A stretch of 64,000 bases of DNA from an uncultured Gemmatimonadales bacterium (GCA_963730185.1 CAVSQW010000015.1:352001-416000); one strand, 5' to 3'. Numbered from the stretch's first letter, positions 30,667 through 40,783 are shown. The notes: a model not told the origin generated them from the letters alone. Translations and numbers: made by a program.

Positions 30667-30826
30667 GTCCCGGGGCTCTCCTCCGAGCCGCCGCGCCGGA
30701 TGCCGTCGCACGGGAGCGCGGGACGCTGTCGCCCGGGGTTGTGGGCAGGTAGCGTCGCGCCGTCGGCCACCCCATATTGAAGGGTCCGCATTGCATACCG
30801 AGTTGTATCCAACATAGGAGCATGGC

Positions 30827-32026
30827 ATGAAGGTCGTCTGGCCGGTCCTTCCGGCCCTTCTGCTCGTGCCCGTGGCCCTCCCGGCCCAGGCACCGGCGAT
30901 CGCGTTCCGGGGCGCGACCATTCACACCGCCGCCGGGGCGCCGATCAGCCGAGGCACGATCGTGGTGCAGGGGGGCAAGATCGTGGCGATCGGGACCAAC
31001 GTCTCCATCCCGGCGGGAGCCAAGGTGGTGGACCTGACCGGCAAGGAAATCGTGCCGGGATTCATCGACAACCATTCGCACATCGGGGCCCGGTCCACGG
31101 ACCTCAACGACCACCCGATGGTGATCGGGCCCCAGCACCGGTTCATCGACGCGCTCGATCTCGACGACCCCGACTTCAAGGACGCGGTGTCGGGCGGGGT
31201 GACCACGATCGTGACCGGGCCGGGCAGCGGCGAGAACGTCAGCGGCATGGCCATCGTGATCAAGACCTTCGGCGACGATCTCGACACCCGGCTCCTGCTC
31301 GAGAAGGGCGGGATGAAGTTTGCGATGGGCGCCAAGTCGCGGGATCGCTATCCGACCACGACGATGGGCGTGGCGGCGAACCTCCGGCAGTACTTGATCA
31401 AGACCCAGGAGTACCTGGCCGCCAAGAAGAAGTGGGAAGACGGCGACCACAAGGCGGCGCCGCCCGCCCGCGATCTCGGCTACGAGGCCATGGCCGACGT
31501 GCTGGAGCACCGGACCTACGTCCGGGCCCACGTGCATTCGGCCACCGACGTGATGACCCTGCTCCGCCTCAAGGACGAGTTCGGCTTCGATCTGGCGCTG
31601 CACCATTCCACCGAGGCCTACAAGGTGGCATCCGAGGTGGCGAAGCGCGGGGTGTCGGCGGTGGTGCTGCCCCTCGGCGACCGGATCGGCATCACCGACG
31701 ACGCGATGCGGGGGCCCTACATCCTCTGGAAGGCCGGCGTCCTGATCGCGATGCACACCGACGCGCCGGTGATCAGCCAGAAGTGGCTCCGGCTCTGCGC
31801 GGCCCTCGCCATGCGCTACGGGATCCCGGACGAGGAGGCCCTCAAGACCATCACCATCAACGCCGCCCAGATCGCCCGGGTATCGGACCGGGTGGGGAGC
31901 CTGGTGATCGGCAAGGATGCCGACCTGGTGGTGTTCAACGGCCCGTGGTATGAGCCCAAGTCGCGGGTAGACATGGTCGTCGGTGACGGCCGGGTGATCT
32001 ACGACCGCGCCACGGAGGAGAAGTGA
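30827..32026 (+). CDS. Secreted amidohydrolase (metal ligands intact)
   Basis: Signal peptide; 'PGFIDNHSH', 'HVH', 'HHSTE', 'HTDAP', 'GSLVIGKDAD'. Confidence 0.9.
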   Translation: MKVVWPVLPALLLVPVALPAQAPAIAFRGATIHTAAGAPISRGTIVVQGGKIVAIGTNVSIPAGAKVVDLTGKEIVPGFIDNHSHIGARSTDLNDHPMVIGPQHRFIDALDLDDPDFKDAVSGGVTTIVTGPGSGENVSGMAIVIKTFGDDLDTRLLLEKGGMKFAMGAKSRDRYPTTTMGVAANLRQYLIKTQEYLAAKKKWEDGDHKAAPPARDLGYEAMADVLEHRTYVRAHVHSATDVMTLLRLKDEFGFDLALHHSTEAYKVASEVAKRGVSAVVLPLGDRIGITDDAMRGPYILWKAGVLIAMHTDAPVISQKWLRLCAALAMRYGIPDEEALKTITINAAQIARVSDRVGSLVIGKDADLVVFNGPWYEPKSRVDMVVGDGRVIYDRATEEK

Positions 32027-33300
32027 TCATGAGGACTCGCGCGTGGATTCTCAGAGCCGCCCTCGGCGCCGTGCTGACGGTGCCCGCCGCCGCTCAGCAG
32101 CGGGCCGTTGCCATCCGGGGCGGCACCGTGCTGCCGGTGAGCGGGCCGGCCATTCCCAACGGGACGGTGGTAATGCAGGGCGGGAAGATCGTCGCGGTCG
32201 GGGCCAACGTCCGGATTCCGGCCGGGGCCCAGATCGTCGAGGCCAAGGGCAAGTACGTCATGCCGGGCGTGATCGACGCCATGAGCGACATCGGCGTCGG
32301 GCCGTCCGACATGAACGAATCGAGCAACCAGATGACGCCGGCCCTCCGGATCATCGACAGCTACAACCCCTACGGCGATTTCGGGTCGGGCGCGCCGGGC
32401 CCGTTGCATAACGACGAGCTCCTGTCGGGTGGCGTCACCACCATGTACATCGCCCCGGCCGACGCCACGGTGCTGGGCGGGCAGGGCGCGGTCGTGAAAA
32501 CGGCCGGGCCCGATCTCCAGGGCCTGATCGTTCGCGAGCCGGCGTCGATGGACCTGACCCTGGGCACGCCCCCGAAAGAGGCGGCCCGGGCCAAGAACAG
32601 CGACCCGTACACCCGGATGGCCGAGATGGCCATGCTCCGGCAGCTGCTGATCAAGGGGCAGGAGTACCAACGGGCCAAGCAGGCCAATCCGAACCTGCCC
32701 GAGGATCTCGGGATGGAGGCACTGGGCAAGCTTCTCCGCCGCGAGATTCCGGCTCGGATCCAGGCCAACCACCCGACCGACATCCGCTCGGCGATGCGCC
32801 TGGCGGACGAGTTCCACCTCGATCTGGTCATCGACGGCGGGGCCGGGGCCGCGGAGCTGGTCGACGAGCTGGCGGCCCATCACGTCCCGGTGGTCCTCGG
32901 CATGGTCTCCCACCCGTACGTCAGCAACGAGGAGATCCCCGATCGCGAGGACTATCCCAAGGAGATCGACGAGCGGCTCCCGGGCCAGCTGACCCGGGCC
33001 GGGATTCCCACCGCGATCGCCACCTTCTCGCGGGCCTTCGGTTCCCTGGCCCCGGCCGGCAGCGGGAAATGGCTGCTGATCGACGCGGCGATCGCCGGCG
33101 GGTACGGGATGACCGACGACCAGATCCTGAAGGCGGTCACCCTCGTCCCCGCCCAGATCCTCGGCGTGGCCGACCGGGTCGGGAGCCTCGAGGCCGGCAA
33201 GGACGCCGACGTGGTGATCCTCGACGGTCCGCCTCTCAGCGTGAAGACCTGGGTGCGGACGGTGTATGTTGGGGGGAACCAGGTGTATGAGAAGAAGTGA
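32023..33300 (+). CDS. Secreted amidohydrolase-fold protein lacking metal ligands
   Basis: Paralogous fold but 'PGVIDAMSD' replaces HxH; 'GSLEAGKDAD' retained. Confidence 0.88.
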   Translation: MIMRTRAWILRAALGAVLTVPAAAQQRAVAIRGGTVLPVSGPAIPNGTVVMQGGKIVAVGANVRIPAGAQIVEAKGKYVMPGVIDAMSDIGVGPSDMNESSNQMTPALRIIDSYNPYGDFGSGAPGPLHNDELLSGGVTTMYIAPADATVLGGQGAVVKTAGPDLQGLIVREPASMDLTLGTPPKEAARAKNSDPYTRMAEMAMLRQLLIKGQEYQRAKQANPNLPEDLGMEALGKLLRREIPARIQANHPTDIRSAMRLADEFHLDLVIDGGAGAAELVDELAAHHVPVVLGMVSHPYVSNEEIPDREDYPKEIDERLPGQLTRAGIPTAIATFSRAFGSLAPAGSGKWLLIDAAIAGGYGMTDDQILKAVTLVPAQILGVADRVGSLEAGKDADVVILDGPPLSVKTWVRTVYVGGNQVYEKK

Positions 33301-33304
33301 GCCG

Positions 33305-33376
33305 GGGTAGGGAGTAGGGAGTTGGGAGTGGGGACTTGGGAGTGAGTAGGGAGTGGGGAGTAGGGAGTTAGGAGCG
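33305..33376 (+). repeat. GGGAGTN heptamer array
   Basis: GGGAGTA GGGAGTT GGGAGTG GGGACTT GGGA GTGAGTA GGGAGTG GGGAGTA GGGAGTT. Confidence 0.85.
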
Positions 33377-33474
33377 AGCTTGATCCGATCCTGGCGGAGA
33401 CGGGGAGGCGGGGCGGCGGCCGAGCGGCCGGCGCCGCGGCTTGGGTATTGGCTGCCCCGGCTCCGGACGGCGGC

Positions 33475-33512
33475 GCCGGATCCGCCCGCGGGCCGGGCGG
33501 GTCCGGCTTCTT
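33475..33512 (+). terminator. GC-rich hairpin, possible terminator
   Basis: GCCGGATCCGCCCG / CGGGCGGGTCCGGC followed by TTCTT. Confidence 0.5.
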
Positions 33513-33556
33513 CCGTGTTGGGTTCGATTCCTCCTTGATTCGGAGTCATTCGTCAT

Positions 33557-34651
33557 ATGCGTATTCACCGCGCCGACGTGATCGGCAGCATGCTCCGCCC
33601 TCCCACTCTCCTCGCCGCCCGCGAGCAGCACCGGGCCGGCAGCCTCGACGACCTCTCCTTCAAAGCGATCGAAGATCGCGCGGTCGACTACTGCATCGCG
33701 GTGCAGGAGCTGGCCGGCGTCGACGTCGTGACCGACGGCGAGATGCGCCGCAACGTGTTCGCCAGCCAGCTGGCCCAGTCGGTCGAGGGCTTCGATACGG
33801 TCCAGGGCAACTCGGTCGACTGGTTCACGATGGAGGGCAAGCTCGAGACCAGCCCGGTCACGGTGGGGCTGGTGAGCAAGATGAAGCGCCGCCGCCACCT
33901 CTCCTCCGAGGAGTTCGTCTACCTCCGGGCCAAGACCGGCCTGGCGACCAAGATGACCATCCCGAGCCCGACGATGTACGCGTACTACTGGGTCCCGGGA
34001 GTCAGCGAGGCCGCCTATCCGACCAACGACGCCTACCTGGCCGACGTCACCGACATCCTCCGCGACGAGGTCCGCGAGTTGGTCCGGCTCGGCTGCGATT
34101 ACATCCAGTTCGACGCGCCCGAGTTCGGCATGATCCTCGACCCCCACCAGCAGGAGTGGTTCGCCCGGAAGGGGTTCGATCCGGACGGGTTGGTGAAGGG
34201 CGGGGTCGACATGATGAACGCGATCATGGCCGGTTACGAGGACCGCTGTACCTTCGGGCTGCACGTCTGCCGGGGCAACGACGCCAACCGGTTCATGGCC
34301 AAGGGCAGCTATGCGGCGATCGCCGAGGACATCCTCGCCCGGACCCACTGTCAGGTGGTGCTGCTCGAGTACGACGACGAACGGAGCGGCGATTTCTCGC
34401 CGTTGGCCAAGACCGGCCCCGACAAGATCGTGTGCCTGGGCTTGGTCACGACCAAGCGGCCCCGGGAGGAGACGGAGGACGAGCTGGTGCGCCGGATCAA
34501 CGAGGCGGCCAAGTACGTGCCCCTCGAGCGGCTCACCCTCAGCACCCAGTGCGGCTTCGCCTCGGTGGCCAAGGGCAACAACATCCCGTTCGAGCTTCAG
34601 GAACGGAAGCTCAATCTGGTGGCCCGGGTCGCTCGGCGGGTCTGGGAGTGA
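33557..34651 (+). CDS. Cobalamin-independent methionine synthase II family (single MetE catalytic domain)
   Basis: 'ADVIGSMLRP', 'VTDGEMRR', Zn ligands 'HVCRGN', 'LEYD', 'STQCGFAS'. Confidence 0.92.
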   Translation: MRIHRADVIGSMLRPPTLLAAREQHRAGSLDDLSFKAIEDRAVDYCIAVQELAGVDVVTDGEMRRNVFASQLAQSVEGFDTVQGNSVDWFTMEGKLETSPVTVGLVSKMKRRRHLSSEEFVYLRAKTGLATKMTIPSPTMYAYYWVPGVSEAAYPTNDAYLADVTDILRDEVRELVRLGCDYIQFDAPEFGMILDPHQQEWFARKGFDPDGLVKGGVDMMNAIMAGYEDRCTFGLHVCRGNDANRFMAKGSYAAIAEDILARTHCQVVLLEYDDERSGDFSPLAKTGPDKIVCLGLVTTKRPREETEDELVRRINEAAKYVPLERLTLSTQCGFASVAKGNNIPFELQERKLNLVARVARRVWE

Positions 34652-35862
34652 CGTCCCGGCTCCCCACGGGGCTGGGTCCGACGGCCGATCTGACGCTCTA
34701 CCAGCTGGGCGACGACCCCTACCCGGCGCTGGCGCGGTTGCGGGCACACGCTCCCGTTGCCTGGCTGGCCGAGACCGGGATGTGGCTCGTCACCCGGCGC
34801 GACGACGTCGTGCGGGTCCTCAGGGATCCCGCCACCTTCACGACCGACGATTCGCGCTCGCCGATCCAGGACATCTTTGGACGTCAGATGCTCTCGGTCG
34901 ACGGGGTGGAGCAGAAGCGGTACAAGGCGGCCTGCGCCCGGTCGTTCAGCAAGCGAACCGTCCGTGACGACCTTCACGGCCTGGTGGCCGCGAAGGTCGA
35001 CCGGCTGCTCTTTGCGATGGCCTGGCGAGGGCAGGCGGATCTCCGGCGGGCGCTGACCGGTCCACTGGCGGTGTTCGCCGTTGCCGCGGTGCTCGGAATC
35101 CCGCCCGAACTCGAACCCACCATCCTGGCCTGGTACGATCAGTTCGCTCGGGCTCTTGCCAACTTCACCGGCGACCCGGCGGCCCGCCTGGATGGGCTCG
35201 CGGCGGCCACCGAATTCCGGGCCGCGATGCGACCACTCCTCGCCCAGGCCCGAGCGGGCCGCTCGGTCGGGTTGCTGGGTACGATGGTCGGGGCGGACGC
35301 GGGGCTGGCGGACGAGGCCGTGCTGGCCAACGCGTTGATCGTGTTGTTCGGGGGGATCGAGACGACCGACGCCATGATGGCCAACGCCATTTGGGCCCTC
35401 TTGACCCATCCGGACCAGCTCAGGCTGGTCCGCGAGGATCCCAGCCTGATCCCGAACGCCATCGAGGAGAGCCTCCGATGGGAGCCGGCGGTGCAGAGCT
35501 GCACCCGCTACACCGCCGGCGCGGCGACGCTTGGCGAGGTCGCGCTCCAACCGGGCGAGGCGGTGCAGTGTATGCTGGGCGCCGCCAACCGCGATCCCGC
35601 CTACTTCGTCGAGCCCGATCGGTTCGACGTCAGGCGTCCGAATGCGGCGGAGCACCTCTCGTTCGGACTGGGGCATCACCTGTGTCTCGGAGCGCACTTG
35701 GCCCGTGAAGAGGGAACGGTGGCGGTCGCGGCGCTGCTGGAGCGGCTTCCCGGCCTCCGGTTGGATCCCGAATGGCCTGTCCGCCCGACCGGGTACGAGT
35801 TCCGGAAGCCGGCGGCGCTGCGGGTGCGATGGCAGGTCGAAGGAGGCCGCGCTGGTTCCTGA
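34648..35862 (+). CDS. Cytochrome P450
   Basis: GTG overlaps the upstream TGA; I-helix 'FGGIETT', 'EESLR', heme motif 'FGLGHHLCLG'. Confidence 0.95.
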   Translation: MTSRLPTGLGPTADLTLYQLGDDPYPALARLRAHAPVAWLAETGMWLVTRRDDVVRVLRDPATFTTDDSRSPIQDIFGRQMLSVDGVEQKRYKAACARSFSKRTVRDDLHGLVAAKVDRLLFAMAWRGQADLRRALTGPLAVFAVAAVLGIPPELEPTILAWYDQFARALANFTGDPAARLDGLAAATEFRAAMRPLLAQARAGRSVGLLGTMVGADAGLADEAVLANALIVLFGGIETTDAMMANAIWALLTHPDQLRLVREDPSLIPNAIEESLRWEPAVQSCTRYTAGAATLGEVALQPGEAVQCMLGAANRDPAYFVEPDRFDVRRPNAAEHLSFGLGHHLCLGAHLAREEGTVAVAALLERLPGLRLDPEWPVRPTGYEFRKPAALRVRWQVEGGRAGS

Positions 35863-35986
35863 GGTCAGGTTGTTGGGCCGAGAATCATGACGACCCGACA
35901 CGCTCTAACGTGTCATCGTGCAGCAGGTCTCCCCCTGCGATTTCGGCAACCCATGCTCCCGCATGCGATTACCGGACGGCTCGGGG

Positions 35987-36001
35987 TGGCGCAACGTTTG
36001 C
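35987..36001 (+). promoter_or_regulatory. sigma54 -24/-12 promoter candidate of susC3
   Basis: TGGCGC-AACGT-TTGC; upstream palindrome GACACG-N6-CGTGTC at 35897-35914. Confidence 0.55.
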
Positions 36002-36202
36002 CACTGTGGGGAGCAGACCGGGTGGCCGGCGGTGATGCCTTGGGGGGCAGTGGCGGGGCCCGGTGGCAGCTTGGGATGACGGCGTTCCGGCATGGAACGA
36101 ATTATCGCTGGTGAGTTGATCTGCGCTGATGGGCTACGTTGGGCCGAGTCGGGAGCGAGTGTCACCAGCCGGAGCGCAACGACGCTGCTTCGGGGGTCAA
36201 CA

Positions 36203-36234
36203 TTGTATCCAGAAATGTATTCCGAAGCGTATCC
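36203..36234 (+). promoter_or_regulatory. 12-bp-period TGTATMC operator repeats
   Basis: TGTATCC 36204, TGTATTC 36216, CGTATCC 36228; also seen at 8164, 20102/20114, 30792/30804, 40789/40801. Confidence 0.6.
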
Positions 36235-36280
36235 TAGCGCTTCATGTCTTCCCACCTTCGTTTTGTTTGGAGGCTTGGTG

Positions 36281-39200
36281 ATGGTGCACTGGTTGGCACG
36301 AAGGCGCGGCTCCTCGAGCACTCTCCTCGGAGCGGCGCTGGCGATCGCCATGGGGGCTGGCAGCCCGGGGGTCGCGCACGCGCAGGCTGGCAGTGTCAGC
36401 GGGGTGGTGCTCGAGGCGCGCACCAATCGCCCCCTCTCGGAGGCGGTCGTCCGGGTGGACGGCACCTCGATCAGCGCCCGCTCGAACAATCGCGGGCAAT
36501 TCACACTTTCCGGCCTTTCCGGGGTCACGGTCAGCATCACGGTGACCCGGATCGGCTATCAGCCCCGGACCCAGCCGGTGAGCGTCGGGGCCACGGACGT
36601 CACCGTTCACCTGACCGAGTCGGCGCTCAAGCTGGACGAGCTGGTCGTCACGGGGCAGGCGGGCGAGACCCAGAAGCGGGCCCTGGGCAACGTGGTCGGG
36701 GTGCTCGACCTCGCCGCGACCCAGGAGGTCGCGCCCAGCAAGAACATCCAGGAGGCGCTCTCGGTGGCGGTGCCCGGGGTCCAGATCCAGCGGGCCAGCG
36801 GCCAGCTGGGGACCGGCGGCGTCACCCGGATTCGAGGGGTGAGCTCGCTCAGTCTGAGCTCGGAGCCGATCATCTTCATCGACGGGGTCCGGGCCGACAA
36901 CACGGCCGGCTCGAACAGCATCGGTTTCGCGGGCGGCGGCGACAAGCCGTCGCGGATCAACGATCTCGACCCCAACGACATCGCGTCGATCCAGGTGCTC
37001 AAGGGCCCCTCGGCGGCGACGCTGTACGGCACCGAGGCCTCCAACGGCGTCATCCAGATCATCACCAAGCGGGGAGCGGCCGGCCGGCCGACCTGGACCG
37101 TCGAGGGTCGGGCGGGCGCCAACTGGCTCCGCCATCCGGCCACTCTCTATCCCGGGGTGTACTACCGGGACGGCAACGGTGACATCCAGCATCTCAACCT
37201 GATCGAGAACGATCAGCGGCTGGGCTTCGGGTCGCCCTTCAGCACCGGTGTGCCGCTGGGTGGCACCGCCTCGGTTCAGGGTGGGACCGAGGCGATCCGC
37301 TACTTCTTCAGCGGGAGCTACGACCGGGACGAGGGGATCGTCGACTACAACTGGCAGAACAAGCTCAACGCCGTCGGCAACCTCTCCTATTCGGCCAGCG
37401 ACAAGGTCAAGATCGATCTCAACATCGGGTTTACCCGCGCCAAGACCCGGTCGGCCTCGGCCACGCAGCCGATGACCACCTATCTGGTCTGGGCGTGTCC
37501 CAACAGCTCGTGTCAGGACGGCAGCGGGCTGGGGCCGAACGACGCGGCCCGGGGCTGGTTGGCCGCGGTGCGCCCGGAGGACTTCAACGACATCGAGGGC
37601 TACGACAACGTCGACCGGAGCCGGGTGGGAATCACCTTCACCCACCGCCCGACCAGCTGGCTCAACCACCGGCTCACCGTCGGCGGCGACTTCACCGACG
37701 ACGCCTCGTCGAACTACTTCCCCCGCGGCAGCAACGTCGGCTTCGGATTCCCGCAGGGCGCCAAGTTCGTCCAGAACGACCGGTCGTCCTTCCTGACGTT
37801 CGACTACTCCGCCACGGCCTCGGTCAACGTCACCAGCAGCCTCAACGCGCAGACCTCCGGCGGCGTCCAGTACTACCGGAAGCAATTCACCCAGATCTCA
37901 GGGCAGGGCGAGGGCTTCCCGATCCGGGGCGTGAACACGGTGAGCGGCGGCGGGGTCCGGCAAGGATTCGAGGATCCGAACTTCAACCTCGAGAACAAGA
38001 CCCTGGGCGTGTACGTCCAGGAACAGCTCGGCTACAAGAACCGGTTCTTCCTGACCGGCGCGGTCCGGGGCGACGACAACAGCGCCTTCGGGGTCAACTA
38101 CAACTTCGTCGTCTATCCCAAGGTGAGTGCCTCGTGGGTGGTGTCCGACGAGCCGTTCTTCGGGAAGTCGTCGTTCCTCACCGCCCTCAAGCTTCGGGCG
38201 GCGTGGGGCAAGGCGGGCCAGCAGCCGAACGCCTTCGCGGCGGTCCGGACGTATGGGCCCTCGAGCGGCAACGGCGGGACGCCGACGGTGACGCCGCTCA
38301 ACGTCGGCAACCCGGACCTCAAGCCCGAGGTCACCCGGGAGATCGAGGCCGGCTTCGACGCCAGCCTGTTCAATGACCGGATGTCGGTCGAGGCGACCTA
38401 CTACGACAAGGTCACCCAGGACGGCATCCTGTCGCGGCTGATCTCGCCGTCGAGCGGCTTCCCCGGCAACCAGTTCATCAACATCGGCCAGTTCAGCAAC
38501 CGGGGATTCGAGTTCGCGGTGGACGGGTCGATCATCAACAACCGGAACCTTCGGGTGAACCTCCGCGGCACCCTGGCAACCAACCGGAACCGGATCGACG
38601 ATCTGGGGCAGGACTCCCCGATTCCGAACACCGGCATCGGCACCTCGACGGGCGCCTACAACAAGACCGGGTTCGCGATGGGGTCCTTCTTCTACAAGAA
38701 GGTCGTGAGCGCCGATCTGGTGTCGCCCGGCGTGGTCAGCAACGTGATGTGCGAGGGTGGGACCAACTTCGGCAAGGGCGACGGCAGCGTGGTGCCCTGC
38801 GCCTCGGCGCCGCTGATCTACTACGGCCAGCCCACGCCGACCTGGCTCTCGAGCTTCAGCGCCGACGTGACCTGGAAGCGCTTCCGCCTGGTCGCGGTGG
38901 CCGAGTTCCAGGGCGGGCACTGGATGGACGACGGCAACCTGGCCGCGTCGCACGTGTTCTTCAACAACTCGCTGGCCGCGGTCCAGCAGACCGATCCGAT
39001 CCTGGTGGCCTATCAGACCGTGGTGGCCGATCAGCTCTTCGCGACCGGTGCGATCAAGGCCGGGTTCGGCAAGCTGCGCAACGTGTCGCTCACCTACGAC
39101 TTCCCCCGGGGCCTGGCCGGCATGCTCGGCGGGAGTCGCGGCTCGCTCACGCTCACGGCGGCCAACCTCTTCACGCTCTGGCGGGCGCAGGACGGCACCT

Positions 39201-39349
39201 TCGGGGCCAAGGCTGTCGATCCGGAGGTCCGGATCAACGACCCGAACTTCTACGGCTACGCCAACGACTCGAACCTGACCAACGGGTACAATCAGGAGTC
39301 GTGGCCGCAGTTCACCCGGTTCCTCGCGACCGTTCGCCTCTCGTTCTAA
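36281..39349 (+). CDS. susC: SusC/RagA family TonB-dependent transporter (3)
   Basis: GGAGG then ATG 36281; 'VLKGPSAATLYGTEASNGVIQIITKRG', 'GNPDLKPE', C-terminal F. Confidence 0.95.
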   Translation: MVHWLARRRGSSSTLLGAALAIAMGAGSPGVAHAQAGSVSGVVLEARTNRPLSEAVVRVDGTSISARSNNRGQFTLSGLSGVTVSITVTRIGYQPRTQPVSVGATDVTVHLTESALKLDELVVTGQAGETQKRALGNVVGVLDLAATQEVAPSKNIQEALSVAVPGVQIQRASGQLGTGGVTRIRGVSSLSLSSEPIIFIDGVRADNTAGSNSIGFAGGGDKPSRINDLDPNDIASIQVLKGPSAATLYGTEASNGVIQIITKRGAAGRPTWTVEGRAGANWLRHPATLYPGVYYRDGNGDIQHLNLIENDQRLGFGSPFSTGVPLGGTASVQGGTEAIRYFFSGSYDRDEGIVDYNWQNKLNAVGNLSYSASDKVKIDLNIGFTRAKTRSASATQPMTTYLVWACPNSSCQDGSGLGPNDAARGWLAAVRPEDFNDIEGYDNVDRSRVGITFTHRPTSWLNHRLTVGGDFTDDASSNYFPRGSNVGFGFPQGAKFVQNDRSSFLTFDYSATASVNVTSSLNAQTSGGVQYYRKQFTQISGQGEGFPIRGVNTVSGGGVRQGFEDPNFNLENKTLGVYVQEQLGYKNRFFLTGAVRGDDNSAFGVNYNFVVYPKVSASWVVSDEPFFGKSSFLTALKLRAAWGKAGQQPNAFAAVRTYGPSSGNGGTPTVTPLNVGNPDLKPEVTREIEAGFDASLFNDRMSVEATYYDKVTQDGILSRLISPSSGFPGNQFINIGQFSNRGFEFAVDGSIINNRNLRVNLRGTLATNRNRIDDLGQDSPIPNTGIGTSTGAYNKTGFAMGSFFYKKVVSADLVSPGVVSNVMCEGGTNFGKGDGSVVPCASAPLIYYGQPTPTWLSSFSADVTWKRFRLVAVAEFQGGHWMDDGNLAASHVFFNNSLAAVQQTDPILVAYQTVVADQLFATGAIKAGFGKLRNVSLTYDFPRGLAGMLGGSRGSLTLTAANLFTLWRAQDGTFGAKAVDPEVRINDPNFYGYANDSNLTNGYNQESWPQFTRFLATVRLSF

Positions 39350-39361
39350 CTCCAGGGGACC

Positions 39362-40657
39362 ATGGCAATGCGATTCAGCAACGAACGACCGTCTCGCCGT
39401 CCCGGCCGCCTGTTGGGCGGGCTCGGGGTGCTGGCCGCCCTGTTGGGGGCCACGGCGTGCAGCGGGATCCTCGACGTCCAGCTCCCGGGCCGGATTCCGA
39501 GCGATCTCCTCAACGATCCCACCACCGCACCGACCCTCGCGGCCAGCGTCGTGACCGACTTCGAGTGCGCCTACGGCAACTACGTGGCGTCCACCGCCAC
39601 CATCTCGGACCAGTTCCTCGGCGCGTCGGGCAACCTGACCGCGGAGAATTGGGGCACTCGTAAGGTGCCCGCCAACGACGTTTCCAACGAGCAGACGGGA
39701 TGTGGGGGCGTCTACGGCGCTTACACCCCGCTCCAGACGGCCCGGTACCAGGCCGACGACATCCTGCCCCGGCTCCAGGGATGGACCGACGCCGACGCGG
39801 GGGTTCCGCTGGCGCCGCTCGAGGCCAAAGTGGCGGCCTACGGCGCCTACGCCTACACCCTGCTGGGTGAGGGGTTCTGCGCGATGCGGTTCGACGAGTC
39901 CACCACCATTCTCACCCCGGCGGAAGTGCTCGCCATCGCCGAGCAGAAGTTCACCGACGCCTTGGCGCTGGCGGCTGCGCTCCCAGCGTCCGACGGCACC
40001 AAGAGCGACATCACCAACCTGATCCGGGTCGGCCGAGCCCGGGTCCGGCTCGACCTCGGCGACAAGACCGGGGCCGCCTCCGACGCCGCCCTCGTCTCAT
40101 CCACCTTCTCGATGGTCGTCACCCGGGGTTCGGATGCCGCCGCCCGGTGGAACGACGCCTGGTACGCGATGGCCGAGTTGGGGAACGCCTCGGTGGCGCC
40201 CCAGTATCGCGATCTGATGGTGGGCGGCGTGCCCGATCCACGGGTCCAGGTCTCGTTCGGACCCGACGTCGGGTTGGGCCCGCTGTCGTTCGACGGAGTG
40301 ACCCCGCTCTATGTGGTGACCAACAAGAACTTCTCCCGGGCCGACCCGATGCGGCTGGCCAGCTGGGTCGAAGCCAACCTGATCCAGGCCGAGGCGTTAG
40401 GCGGCCAGACGGCGGTGGATCTGATCAATGCCCGTCGCGATCAGCTCTCGCTGCCGCACTACACCGGAGCGACCGATGCCGCGTCGATCCAGGCCTTGGT
40501 TCTCGACGAGCGGAATCGGGAGTTCTTCATGGAGGGCGGGCAGCGCTTCAACGACCTGCTCCGCTACGCCATCCCGTGGAAGACGGGCAACGATCAGAAC
40601 GGGGTGCCCTACGGCACCACGACCTGTCTCCCGCTCCCCGCGAGCGAGCGACTCTGA
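39362..40657 (+). CDS. susD: SusD/RagB-like lipoprotein (3)
   Basis: Lipobox-like ATAC; 'EANLIQAEA..INARR..ERNREFFMEGGQRFNDLLRY'. Confidence 0.9.
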   Translation: MAMRFSNERPSRRPGRLLGGLGVLAALLGATACSGILDVQLPGRIPSDLLNDPTTAPTLAASVVTDFECAYGNYVASTATISDQFLGASGNLTAENWGTRKVPANDVSNEQTGCGGVYGAYTPLQTARYQADDILPRLQGWTDADAGVPLAPLEAKVAAYGAYAYTLLGEGFCAMRFDESTTILTPAEVLAIAEQKFTDALALAAALPASDGTKSDITNLIRVGRARVRLDLGDKTGAASDAALVSSTFSMVVTRGSDAAARWNDAWYAMAELGNASVAPQYRDLMVGGVPDPRVQVSFGPDVGLGPLSFDGVTPLYVVTNKNFSRADPMRLASWVEANLIQAEALGGQTAVDLINARRDQLSLPHYTGATDAASIQALVLDERNREFFMEGGQRFNDLLRYAIPWKTGNDQNGVPYGTTTCLPLPASERL

Positions 40658-40682
40658 TCGGAGGGAACGATCCAGGGGAATG

Positions 40683-40716
40683 CGAGGGGCCGAGCGATCG
40701 GCCCCTCGTTTCTTTT
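40683..40716 (+). terminator. Intrinsic terminator after susD3
   Basis: CGAGGGGCCGA-GCGA-TCGGCCCCTCG followed by TTTCTTTT. Confidence 0.88.
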
Positions 40717-40783
40717 GGTTGGCCCGCCCTATGGGGTTGCGAGATGAAACGGGACCATCCTCTGGCCCCCCCTTGCGGAATCG

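Noticed and set aside
33376..33556. SAM or cobalamin riboswitch upstream of the MetE-like gene
   Set aside because: A hairpin is present but no SAM-I core or B12-box motif was recognised; an Rfam scan would settle it
33448..35862. 804-aa P450 with a long N-terminal extension
   Set aside because: The extension is an off-frame read through the MetE-like gene; the P450 starts at GTG 34648
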